This document shows, piece by piece, positions 37,047 through 46,094 of a DNA stretch of 64,000 bases. Origin of the DNA: Dehalococcoidia bacterium (GTDB lineage Bacteria; Chloroflexota; Dehalococcoidia; Bin125); contig CAXXSR010000001.1 of NCBI GenBank assembly GCA_963662615.2, positions 736,001-800,000 on the forward strand, in the 5' to 3' direction. The notes below the pieces were generated by a model, which saw only the letters and a list, made by a program, of their open reading frames with translations, was not told where the DNA came from and did no database searches. The position numbers and the translations under genes are program-made. The stretch's first letter is position 1; each line of letters starts with the position of its first letter.

Positions 37047-37133
37047 GCCATAGCCCGATGGGGTCTCCCGGCGGGCTACAGTCCCGGGCAGCGGACATCG
37101 CCACCCCGGCCTCGGCGTCTGACTAGAGCGCGT

Positions 37134-37166
37134 CCATGAACCCCAACGAATTCCGCCGCACCGCTC
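37134..37166 (+). pseudogene. Orphan copy of the 5' end of the decarboxylase gene
   Basis: ATGAACCCCAACGAATTCCGCCG (MNPNEFRRTA) vs ATGAACCCCAACGACTTCCGCCG (MNPNDFRRNA) at 39405. Confidence 0.75.
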
Positions 37167-37167
37167 C

Positions 37168-37370
37168 CGGCTAACCCGCCCCCTGCTCGGCGAAGCGCGC
37201 CGTCACACCGAACTGCGGCGGTGAGCGTGTCGGCGTCGGCGAGCTGCTCGGAGACGGAGCCGCTCCGGGCGCAGGACCGGAGTGCGGGAACGTTCGAACA
37301 AGCGCGCTTTGACAACGGACCGCAGTGCGACCACGCTGGCACCCATGTTCCGCATCGCATTCCTGGCGAT
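37168..37370 (+). repeat. 203-bp direct repeat copy B
   Basis: Aligns to 35913-36115. Confidence 0.9.
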
Positions 37371-39126
37371 CGCCCTCGCCGCTTGCGGCGGCGATAGCGA
37401 TGATCGCGAATCCGCCGAGCCGACGACAGCAGAGGCTCCGGCAGCCGAAACGGCCATGCTGGAAGTGGAACCGTCTAGCGCCGAGACCCCGGCGGCTGCA
37501 TCTGCGAGCGTAGAAGCGGAACCGTCCCCCGCCGCCGCGCCTCCTGCCGCCTCCGAGGCGACCGAGGACGCCCAGGCGCACGCGGAACGCGCGGCGGAGC
37601 TGCTCGAAGAGCGGCAATGGGAAGAAGCGATCGCGGAGTTCGATCAGGCCATAGCGCTCGGCTCCGACCTCCCGGACTCCGAGCTTGCAGCGTTTCACGC
37701 TGGCCGGGCACGGGGATACATCGGGATCGCGGATTACCAGCAAGCCCTTGCCGATGCCGACTTGGCCCTCGCCTACGTCCGTCGGGCCGCCGCCCACAAC
37801 GGCCTTGACCGGTTCCGAGAGCCATTAGCGGACAGCGACCGGGCAATCGAGCTCGACCCCGAGTCTGCTGTGGCGTTCATCGTTAGGGCGCGGGCTCACG
37901 CCAACCTGGGAGACCATGAGCTGGCCTTCGCGGATGCCAATCGGGCTGTGGAGTTAGATCCCCTGTCTGCCAGAGTGGTCGCCCTGCGAGCAGCGACGTA
38001 CCTGGACCTAGGAAATTACGACCGAGCGTTGGTGGACGCCAGCCGGGCCATCGATCTCGACCCATTGTATGCCTTCGCGTACTCCGTCCGAGGCGGCGCG
38101 CATGCCGCGCTTGGCAAGTTTGATCGAGCGCTCTTCGACTACAACCGGGCAATCGAGCTTGACCCCGAATCCGCCCTCGCCTACGGGACGCGGAGTGTCG
38201 CGCACCGAGACCTCGGCGACCCCGAAAGGGCGCTCGCCGACGCCAGCCGCGCGATCGAGCTCGACCCGGGACTCGCGGGCGCATACGTCAGCCGGGGAAA
38301 CGCGCACTACGACCTCGGCAACCTGGAACAGGCCCTCGCCGACTACGAGCGGGCGCTTGAGCTCAACCCGGACGACCCGACGGCCCAACGCAACCGAGAT
38401 CTAGTCCTTGGCGACCTCGCGGCGGCGGAAGTCCCCTCCGCGGCCCTGCCGGGGCTGGAGAGCTACCGCTTCACACTTTCGCTCGCGTTCGATCTCGAAG
38501 TTGACGATCCGACCGTGTCGGGCGCGCTGACCTTTGTAATCGCTAGCGAGGGAGAGTGGGTGGCGCCGGACCGTTTCCACGCGCGCTGTGAAGGAACGGC
38601 ATTCGGCCTGGCACTCCAGGAGGAAGTCATCAGCATCGGCACGGAGTCGTGGATCATGTCCCAGATTGCGGGCCGATTCGTCGCAGGCGAACCGGCATAC
38701 TGCGGCCCCGATCTCTCGCCCGGGGCTTTTGCCGCCGATCTTCTGGAGTCCCTGGAGACTCTTCCCTTCAGGGGGGAGCCGGAGACGGTGAACGGAGTCG
38801 AGGCGCTCCGCTACCGCATCGACGAGGATACGATCGCCCAAATCTTGCAGTTGCAAGAGCTGTTTGGCGGCTCGGAAGAGCTCTTCGGAGATATCCCGTT
38901 CGAGATCTCGCCGGAAGACTTCACGTCCCTCGAGTTCGATCTCTGGGTTGCGAGAAACGGCGGCTGGCTGGTCAAGCTCGCGATGGAGTTGGGCCTCGAA
39001 GTTGAGGGGCAGGAGGTTCGGTTAGCCATTGGTCTGGACGTCACGGACGCGAACGGGCCGGACGTGCGACTTGGGGTGCCGGACTCGGTTCTCCAGGAGC
39101 TCCTGAGCTCGGAAGGCCGAGAATGA
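37345..39126 (+). CDS. TPR-repeat lipoprotein with C-terminal LppX/LolA-like beta domain
   Basis: Lipobox LAAC; many RAIELDP..A.AY..RG repeats; C-terminal LESYRF...GEWVAPDR...ETVNGVEALRY...LWVA. Confidence 0.82.
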   Translation: MFRIAFLAIALAACGGDSDDRESAEPTTAEAPAAETAMLEVEPSSAETPAAASASVEAEPSPAAAPPAASEATEDAQAHAERAAELLEERQWEEAIAEFDQAIALGSDLPDSELAAFHAGRARGYIGIADYQQALADADLALAYVRRAAAHNGLDRFREPLADSDRAIELDPESAVAFIVRARAHANLGDHELAFADANRAVELDPLSARVVALRAATYLDLGNYDRALVDASRAIDLDPLYAFAYSVRGGAHAALGKFDRALFDYNRAIELDPESALAYGTRSVAHRDLGDPERALADASRAIELDPGLAGAYVSRGNAHYDLGNLEQALADYERALELNPDDPTAQRNRDLVLGDLAAAEVPSAALPGLESYRFTLSLAFDLEVDDPTVSGALTFVIASEGEWVAPDRFHARCEGTAFGLALQEEVISIGTESWIMSQIAGRFVAGEPAYCGPDLSPGAFAADLLESLETLPFRGEPETVNGVEALRYRIDEDTIAQILQLQELFGGSEELFGDIPFEISPEDFTSLEFDLWVARNGGWLVKLAMELGLEVEGQEVRLAIGLDVTDANGPDVRLGVPDSVLQELLSSEGRE

Positions 39127-39267
39127 ACCGTCAAAATCGGCGTCAATGCTCCCAACTCCGGCCCCTGGGAAGTGTTCGGGCACACGTACCATTCCGCGGC
39201 GAATCTGGTTGAGGACGAGGTCAACAACGGCTCCGACTACTGCGACAACGTCGTCTTCCCCTGTGGC
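39127..39267 (+). pseudogene. Fragment of a paralogue of the ABC substrate-binding protein
   Basis: TVKIGVNAPNSGPWEVFGHTYHSAANLVEDEVN..DYC vs IIPIGVVAPNSGSFEVFAHTYHSVAKLIEREVN..GYC in 32391..33959. Confidence 0.8.
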
Positions 39268-39404
39268 GCTACCGCCGCCGCCGACCGCGCCGCCAGGAAC
39301 TCCGGGATTCTAACCGCGGTTCGCCAAGCGTTCCCAGGCTGGGCGTCGCTGCACGGCTTCTCGTAGACAGAGGGATGACTCGTTCGCCGCGAGGAGGCCG
39401 CCCC

Positions 39405-40700
39405 ATGAACCCCAACGACTTCCGCCGTAACGCCCACACCTTCGTCGACTGGATGGCCGATTACTACGAAGGCGTGGAGGCCTATCCCGTCCGATCGCCC
39501 GTCGCCCCCGGCGACATCGCGGCGCGGCTCCCGACGTCTCCTCCGCTCGACGCTGAGCCCATCGACCGCATCTTCGCCGACTTCAAGACCCACCTCCTGC
39601 CCGGCATCACCCACTGGCAGCACCCCAGCTTCTTCGCCTATTTCCCCGCCAACGCCAGCCCGCCCTCCGTCCTGGCGGAGATGCTCACCGCCAGCTTGGG
39701 CATGCTCACCGCCAGCTTGGGCGTGCAGGGCATGATCTGGCAGACCTCGCCCGCCGCCACCGGGCTGCGCGTCTACTGCTCCGAGGAGGCGCACTCATCC
39801 GTGGAAAAGGACGTCAAGATCGCCGGGATGGGGCGGCGCAACCTCCGCAAGATCCCCGTCGACGGCCGCTTCGCCATGCGCCCCGATGCGCTCGAGCAGG
39901 CCATCACCCAGGACCTCGCCCACGGCGCCACCCCCGCCTGCGTCGTCGCCACCCTTGGCACCACCGGCGCCTCCGGCATCGACCCGCTCCGCCCCATTGG
40001 TGAGATTTGCCGCCGCCACGGCGTCTGGCTCCACGTCGACGCCGCCTGGGCCGGCAGCGCCCTGATCCTGCCCGAGTACCGCTGGCTCATCGACGGCATC
40101 GAAGACGTGGACAGCTTCGTCTTCAATCCGCACAAGTGGCTCTTCACCAACTTCGACTGCTCCGCCTATTTTGTCCGCGACGCCGACGCCCTCACCCGCA
40201 CCTTCGCCATCCTCCCCGAGTACCTCAAGAGCCGCGAAGACGCGGACGTCACGAACTATCGCGACTGGGGCATCCCCTTGGGCCGGCGCTTCCGCGCACT
40301 GAAACTCTGGTTCGTGATCCGCGCCTACGGCCTCGACGGCCTCCGACGCCGCATCGCCGCCCACATCGACTGGGCCCACACCCTCGCCCGCCAGATCGAC
40401 GAGGCGGACGGCTTCGAGCTGCTCGTGCCGCCCACGCTGGCGCTCCTCTGCTTCCGCTTCCACCCTGCCGACGTCCACGAGCCCGCCGTCCTCGACCGCC
40501 TCAACCAGCAGCTGCTGGACCGCCTCAACGACAGCGGCGCGCTCTACCTCACCCACACGCGTCTGAACGGCGCCTACGCCATTCGCTTCTGCATTGGCCA
40601 GACGCACACGCAGCAGCGCCACGTCGATACCGCCTGGCAGCGCATCCGCGAGACCGCCGCCGCCCTTCCCGTCCCCTCCCAGCGCCAGACGCCGGAGTAA
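39405..40700 (+). CDS. Group II PLP-dependent (aromatic-L-amino-acid) decarboxylase with an internal in-frame deletion; possibly non-functional
   Basis: PGITHWQHP.FFAYFP, HSSVEK, HVDAAWAG, NPHKW, LGRRFRALKLW; GAGGAGG RBS. Confidence 0.88.
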   Translation: MNPNDFRRNAHTFVDWMADYYEGVEAYPVRSPVAPGDIAARLPTSPPLDAEPIDRIFADFKTHLLPGITHWQHPSFFAYFPANASPPSVLAEMLTASLGMLTASLGVQGMIWQTSPAATGLRVYCSEEAHSSVEKDVKIAGMGRRNLRKIPVDGRFAMRPDALEQAITQDLAHGATPACVVATLGTTGASGIDPLRPIGEICRRHGVWLHVDAAWAGSALILPEYRWLIDGIEDVDSFVFNPHKWLFTNFDCSAYFVRDADALTRTFAILPEYLKSREDADVTNYRDWGIPLGRRFRALKLWFVIRAYGLDGLRRRIAAHIDWAHTLARQIDEADGFELLVPPTLALLCFRFHPADVHEPAVLDRLNQQLLDRLNDSGALYLTHTRLNGAYAIRFCIGQTHTQQRHVDTAWQRIRETAAALPVPSQRQTPE

Positions 40701-40774
40701 TCCGGCTGCGAACGCCGCGGAGCCAACGGCGTATATGTAGTGACGCTGTCGTGACCCCTCATCTCCGTTCCTGC
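40616..40774 (+). repeat. About 160-bp direct repeat copy A (decarboxylase 3' end + downstream DNA)
   Basis: Aligns to 43454-43612 (RHVDTAWQRIRETAAALPVPSQRQTPE* vs RHVEAAWRRIRETAAALPVPSQRRTAE*). Confidence 0.88.
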
Positions 40775-41077
40775 GATGGCACCTCCTAGCGCCCCTGGAC
40801 GACACCGAAGCGCCGTCCGCCCTGTACGGGGGTCCCACGGCCCGAGATGGATCGGTCGAGGAATCCACTTGCCGATCCCTTCTGAGGCGGCTATTCGCCG
40901 TACACGGCGTTCGTCGCGGCCGACCGCGGACCCCACGGGCCGGCGCGCCGGGCATCCCCTCCGCGACAAGCTAGATCGAGAGAATTTCTCGGGGGCCCCT
41001 TTCGCGGCAGGGCGCGCGGGGCCCCCGCTTCGCACACCGCACGCCGTCGCGGGTGGGACACGCGAGGGGTCAACCGG

Positions 41078-43297
41078 TCACGGACCGCCCGCGGCCACCT
41101 GCTCCCAGGAGAGGACGGCCGTGCTGGGCGTCGTGTTGCGGATGAACAGGGCGTCGAGGCGGTCGGCGGACGTGAACGTGCTTAAGAAGCTGGGCTCGCC
41201 GCGCCGGAAGACGCCGTACGCCTGGATTGGCGCCTCATAGCGGAAGGCCGTATCCACCCCGGCCGGGAGCATCGCCAGCAGGTCGGTCACCGCCGTGCCG
41301 CCCTCGCCGCTGAAGCCCACGAAGTTGAACCCCGGGAGCAGCGCCACGCTCACCGGCCCAGCCGCCAGCGCGTCGTCCCAGCTCAGCGCGGCCACGGCGC
41401 CGGCCGGGAGCCGGACGAAGAGGACGTCGCGCTGGTTGACCGTGAGCAGCGTGTTCAGCCCCGGCACCACGACGGCGGGCCGGTGCACCACCCAGCTCTG
41501 CGTATCCGCATCGAAGCGGAAGATGGCGTCCGTGATCGACCCGACGGCCGTGGCCACGTCGTCAACGGGGGTGCCGTCGGCGCCGGGGAAGACCAGGGCG
41601 TTGAAGCCGCCGATCAGGGAGAAGGTCACCTGGCTCGGCCCGGTCACCGGCGGGGCAGGGTCGTTGGGGTCCAGCGGATCGGTGCCCTGGGCGACCTCCT
41701 CCCCGTCGCTGATGCCGTCGCCGTCGCTGTCAGGGTTGGTGGGGTCGGTGCCCAGCGCGGCCTCTTCCTCGTCGGAGAGGCCGTCGCCGTCCGTGTCGCC
41801 GACGAGATCGCTGCCATCGCAGTCCTGGTCGATGCCGTCATCGGGCACCTCGACCGCGCCGGGAAAGATGCTGGGGTCCGTGTCGTCGCAGTCGGGCGTG
41901 CCGCCGATGGCCTGGTCGGCGTCGATGCCGTCTCCGTCCACGTCAGTCAGGTCGCTGCCGTCGCAGTCCTGATCGATGCCGTCGTACGGCGTCTCCGATG
42001 CGCCGGGGAAGATCGTTGAGTTCGTATCGTCGCAGTCGCTACCACCGCTGGCGATGGAGTCGAAGCCGTCCCCGTCAGCGTCGACGCCGACAGGCCCCTG
42101 AAACTCGAAGGCGCCGATGTCGCTTTGGCCGACGCGGGGGAAACCGCGCTGATCGATTCCCAGTGCCGCAGTGTCGTCCCCCATATCGATCGCCGGGCTG
42201 CCCGGCAGCAGTGCGTGCGTCTGGGTCGGGCCGCCATTGTCCGTCAGCGGGCCCAGCAGCGGGTCAACGCCGGGGAGGTCGCCGCCCGCCAGCAGGTTGC
42301 ACGTCCCATCGCCGTCGATGTTGTTCCCCAACGAGGTGACAGCCCCATCGCAGTCGGCCGCGCTGTTCCCCGCGGTGATCGAGTTCTTCAGCGTAAGAGT
42401 GCTGTCCACGTGCACGATGCCGCCGCCGCTGTTAGCGGCCGTGTTTCCGCTCACCGTGACGTTCGTCAGCGTCGCCGTGCCGGTGTTGACGATGCCGCCG
42501 CCGCCCAAGGCCGCCGTGTTCCCACTCACCGTGCTGTTCGTCAGCGTCAGGGTGCCGCCGTTGAGGTTAACGATGCCGCCGCCGCTGCCGCCCGCCGTGT
42601 TGCCGCTGACGGTGCTGTTCGTCAGCGTCAGCGTGCCGTCGTTGAAGATGCCGCCGGCGTGGGCGCCCGTCGTGTTCCCACTCACCGTGCTGTTCGTGAG
42701 CGTCAGCGTGCCGCCGTTGAAGATGCCGCCGCCGAGGGTTGTGTCCCCGTTGGTGATTGTCACGCTGGAGAGTTCCAACGTGGCCGTATTGAGGACGTCA
42801 AAGACGCGGTCGAGCGCACCGCCATCGATGATCGTGCTCCCTGCCCCCGCCCCGGTGATCGTGAGGCCGCCAGATCCGACATCTAAGTCACCCGTTTCCG
42901 CTAGATTCTCGCCGGCGCCGGCGATCGTGAACCTGTAGGTGGCCGGGCCGAGCGTGATCGTGTCCGGGCCCGGGGAGGCGTTGGCCTCCATGATTGCCGC
43001 GCGCAGCGTGCAGGGTTCAATCGAAGGGCCCGGACCGAACTGCGCCCCGATCACCGGCGCGCCGGTCGAGCAGATTCCGTCTCCGGGATCGGCGTCGACA
43101 ATGTCGGCCGTGCTGTTGACCGTGAACGTCGCCTGCGCCTCGCCCCGCGTGGGGACGAGCGCAAGCATCACCGCCAGCGCGGCCGCCAGCGCCGCTATCA
43201 CCACGGCGGCCGAGGCCAACGCGAGGGGTGGACGGGCGCGCCGGCCCTCTTTGGCGGGCAGGAGGATTGCAGAGTGGTCGTGTACGTCGAATCGCAT
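41078..43297 (-). CDS. Large secreted adhesin-like protein: CSLREA domain, beta-helix/choice-of-anchor Q, MopE-like and TSP3-like acidic repeats, duplicated C-terminal domain
   Basis: FTVNSTAD...[29 protein letters not shown] repeats, [28 protein letters not shown]...[28 protein letters not shown]. Confidence 0.88.
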   Translation of the reverse strand: MRFDVHDHSAILLPAKEGRRARPPLALASAAVVIAALAAALAVMLALVPTRGEAQATFTVNSTADIVDADPGDGICSTGAPVIGAQFGPGPSIEPCTLRAAIMEANASPGPDTITLGPATYRFTIAGAGENLAETGDLDVGSGGLTITGAGAGSTIIDGGALDRVFDVLNTATLELSSVTITNGDTTLGGGIFNGGTLTLTNSTVSGNTTGAHAGGIFNDGTLTLTNSTVSGNTAGGSGGGIVNLNGGTLTLTNSTVSGNTAALGGGGIVNTGTATLTNVTVSGNTAANSGGGIVHVDSTLTLKNSITAGNSAADCDGAVTSLGNNIDGDGTCNLLAGGDLPGVDPLLGPLTDNGGPTQTHALLPGSPAIDMGDDTAALGIDQRGFPRVGQSDIGAFEFQGPVGVDADGDGFDSIASGGSDCDDTNSTIFPGASETPYDGIDQDCDGSDLTDVDGDGIDADQAIGGTPDCDDTDPSIFPGAVEVPDDGIDQDCDGSDLVGDTDGDGLSDEEEAALGTDPTNPDSDGDGISDGEEVAQGTDPLDPNDPAPPVTGPSQVTFSLIGGFNALVFPGADGTPVDDVATAVGSITDAIFRFDADTQSWVVHRPAVVVPGLNTLLTVNQRDVLFVRLPAGAVAALSWDDALAAGPVSVALLPGFNFVGFSGEGGTAVTDLLAMLPAGVDTAFRYEAPIQAYGVFRRGEPSFLSTFTSADRLDALFIRNTTPSTAVLSWEQVAAGGP

Positions 43298-43453
43298 TTG
43301 GCTGATCCTCCCCCAACCGCCCGCATCGCTCCCAGCTGGCAGGCGGACGGAGGCTAGGCATCGGCGGGGTCGCGGTCAAGATGCCGCACGTCCGCAGACG
43401 AGGCGGCGACCGCGGCGGGAGGACCGCGCTGAGCCGTTGACGGTGGCAGCGCC

Positions 43454-43612
43454 GCGCCACGTCGAGGCCGCCTGGCGGCGCATCCGCGAGACCGCTGCCG
43501 CCCTTCCCGTCCCCTCCCAGCGCCGGACGGCGGAGTGATCCGGCGGCCGGCGCCCCGGGGCCAACGGCGTATACTTGACGACGCTGCCGTGACCCGTCAT
43601 CTCCCCTCCTGC
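43454..43612 (+). repeat. About 160-bp direct repeat copy B
   Basis: Aligns to 40616-40774. Confidence 0.88.
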
Positions 43613-43719
43613 AAAAGCGCCTTCTGCAAGAGCGCTGCGCGCGCGCGCTTCGCCCCGAGTCGATCCCTGCGCGAGCGCCTTCGCCGCGCCGCGCCGGCCG
43701 CCGCGAAAGCGGGCGCGCC

Positions 43720-44862
43720 GTGACCGGTGCCCTGACGCTGATCGGCGCCGGCGAACTCATGTCCGCAGGCAGCGGCCTCCATCGCGCCGCCCTGGCCCGC
43801 CTCGACGCCCCGCCCCGCCCCGTCTTCCTCGACACCACGGCCGGCTTTGAGACCAACGCCGACGCCATCGCCGAAAAGGCGGTGGAGTACTACGGCCGTC
43901 ACCTACAGGCGGAGCTGCGCGTCGCCCGCTACCAGCATGCAGAGCGGGCCGGTCCCGCCGCCGCCGCCACCGCCGTCGCCGCCATCCGCGACGCCAACGT
44001 CATCTTTGCCGGCCCCGGCAGCCCCACCTACCTCATTGACCAGCTCTGCGACTCGCCCGTGTGGAACGCCGTCCGCGAGCGCTTTCAGGCGGGCGCGCAT
44101 CTCATCTTCGCCAGCGCCGCCGCCATCGCCCTGGGACGCTATGCGCTCCCCATCTACGAGATTTTCAAGGTCGGCGCCGATCCGCACTGGGTCGACGGCC
44201 TCGATCTCCTCGGCCCGGAGGGACTCGCCCTGGCCATCGTCCCCCACTACAACGACGCCTCCGGCGGCCAGAATTACGACTCCCGCTTCTGCTACATGGG
44301 CGCCGCCCGCTTCGACGCGCTGCAAGCCGCGCTCCCCCCCCACGTCACGATCCTCGGCATCGACGCCTACACCGCTTGCACCATCGACCCCCGCGCGCAG
44401 ACCGCCGCCGTCTCCGGGCAGGGCGGCGTCACCGTGATCAGCGACGCCGCCCAGCGCCGCTATGAGTCCGGCGAAACGGTGCCCTTCTCCGCCCTGCGTT
44501 CGTCGGACCGCGCCCTCGCGCCCACCTTCGTGGAGGAAGAGCGCTTGGCCGGCTACGAATTCGCCGACGAGCCCGGCTCCGGGCCCACCGTTGAGACCGT
44601 CGACGCCTACGTCCGCAGCCTCACCACCCTCACCGAGGCGGAGGAAGTGGAACTCATGGCGCGGGTGCGGGCGCTCACGGACCGCCTCGGCTCAGGGCCC
44701 GCGCCGCAGGAGGACGCGCTCATGGACCTCGTCATGGAACTGCGCGATGCGTTCCGCAACATGAAGCGCTACGACTTGGCTGACCACGTCCGCGATGCCC
44801 TCACCGCGCTCGGCTTCGTGGTTGCGGATGGGCCGGAGGGATCGTCATGGAAGCGTCCCTAG
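43720..44862 (+). CDS. Peptidase S51/cyanophycinase-like domain fused to a CysRS C-terminal-like domain
   Basis: LTLIGAGE, FAGPGSPTY, FASAAA, IVPHYND, LGID; C-terminal ELRDAFR..KRYDLADHVRDAL..LGFVVADGPEGSSW. Confidence 0.78.
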   Translation: MTGALTLIGAGELMSAGSGLHRAALARLDAPPRPVFLDTTAGFETNADAIAEKAVEYYGRHLQAELRVARYQHAERAGPAAAATAVAAIRDANVIFAGPGSPTYLIDQLCDSPVWNAVRERFQAGAHLIFASAAAIALGRYALPIYEIFKVGADPHWVDGLDLLGPEGLALAIVPHYNDASGGQNYDSRFCYMGAARFDALQAALPPHVTILGIDAYTACTIDPRAQTAAVSGQGGVTVISDAAQRRYESGETVPFSALRSSDRALAPTFVEEERLAGYEFADEPGSGPTVETVDAYVRSLTTLTEAEEVELMARVRALTDRLGSGPAPQEDALMDLVMELRDAFRNMKRYDLADHVRDALTALGFVVADGPEGSSWKRP

Positions 44863-45710
44863 CGCCGCGGGAGCGGCGGCTGACGTTGCCTGACGTGCGC
44901 CTGCATGTGCGCGAATGGGACGCTGAGGGGCGCCCCTTCCTCCTCGTCCACGGCCTCGCCTCCAACGCTCGCACTTGGGACGACGTGGCGCGACGGCTCA
45001 ACGCCGCCGGCCATCGCGTGGTGGCGTTGGACCAGCGCGGGCACGGCCGCAGCGACAAACCTCCCAGCGGCTACGGCTTCGACCAGGTCGCCGCCGATCT
45101 CCACAACCTCGCGCAGGCGCTCGACATGCCCCGCCCCTTTCTCGTGGGGCAGTCCTGGGGCGGGAACGTCGTCCTGGACTTCGCCCGCCGCTACCCCCAG
45201 GCGACATCCGGCCTCGTCCTCGTCGACGGCGGCTTCCTCGAACTGGCCGCGCGCCCCGGCGCCACCTGGGAGGACACGGAGCGCGAGCTGCGCCCCCCTC
45301 CCCTCGCGGGCACGCCGCGACGCGCGATGGCGGAGCGCATCCGCGCCGCCTACCCGGATTGGTCGGCCGTGGGGATTGAAGGCACGCTGGGTAACTTTGA
45401 AACGATGCCGGACGGCACGGTGCGCCCCTGGCTCACGCTGGAGCGCCACATGGAGATCCTGCGCGCCCTCTGGGATCACCGGCCCTCCACTATCTATTCC
45501 CAGGTAACGGCGCCGGTCCTGATCGCTGTCGCCGGCGCCCCCTCGGACAAAGCCTGGGACAAGCGGCAGCCCGTCGCCGCTGCCGAGGCCGGCATCCCGC
45601 AGGTGCGCGTGCAGTGGTTCGAAGAGAGCGCCCACGACCTGCACGTCCACCGACCTGCGGAACTCACCACCTTCATTTTCCAAGCGTTCGCGGACGGCTT
45701 CTTCTCCTAG
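44847..45710 (+). CDS. Alpha/beta-fold hydrolase
   Basis: LLVHGL, DQRGHGRS, GQSWGG nucleophile elbow, HDLH. Confidence 0.92.
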   Translation: MEASLAPRERRLTLPDVRLHVREWDAEGRPFLLVHGLASNARTWDDVARRLNAAGHRVVALDQRGHGRSDKPPSGYGFDQVAADLHNLAQALDMPRPFLVGQSWGGNVVLDFARRYPQATSGLVLVDGGFLELAARPGATWEDTERELRPPPLAGTPRRAMAERIRAAYPDWSAVGIEGTLGNFETMPDGTVRPWLTLERHMEILRALWDHRPSTIYSQVTAPVLIAVAGAPSDKAWDKRQPVAAAEAGIPQVRVQWFEESAHDLHVHRPAELTTFIFQAFADGFFS

Positions 45711-45830
45711 ACCGGCTTTCCCGTAGCGCGCGCTACGACCCGCGCCCCCGTTCGTCAATCCAATGCCTCCTCGCGCCAAGCCTAGGCAATGTGACACGAT
45801 GGTTTCCCCAGCGACGGAGCGGGAGGCACC

Positions 45831-46094
45831 GTGAGCACGCGCGATTGGCCCTCCGTGGCCATGTACACCACGTCCCGCTGCTCCGACTGTCAGCGCAGCA
45901 AGGCGCTCCTCGACCGCCTCGGCGTCCCCTTCGATGAGATCGATATCAGGACGAACGCGGACGCCATGGCGACGGTGCGGCGCCTCAACGGGGGCCAAGA
46001 CATCGTGCCCACGATCGTCGTCGCTGGCGCCACCGTCCTCGTCGAGCCCAGCGATGCCGAACTCGCCCGCGCCTTGGGCGTCGCGCTCCCCTAG
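45831..46094 (+). CDS. Glutaredoxin/mycoredoxin-like protein
   Basis: YTTSRCSDC, VPTI, LVEPS. Confidence 0.85.
   Translation: MSTRDWPSVAMYTTSRCSDCQRSKALLDRLGVPFDEIDIRTNADAMATVRRLNGGQDIVPTIVVAGATVLVEPSDAELARALGVALP

Noticed and set aside
39124-39126. Selenocysteine read-through joining the TPR protein to the downstream in-frame fragment
   Set aside because: The UGA is not at a Cys/redox position, there is no clear SECIS, and the downstream piece is a short relic.
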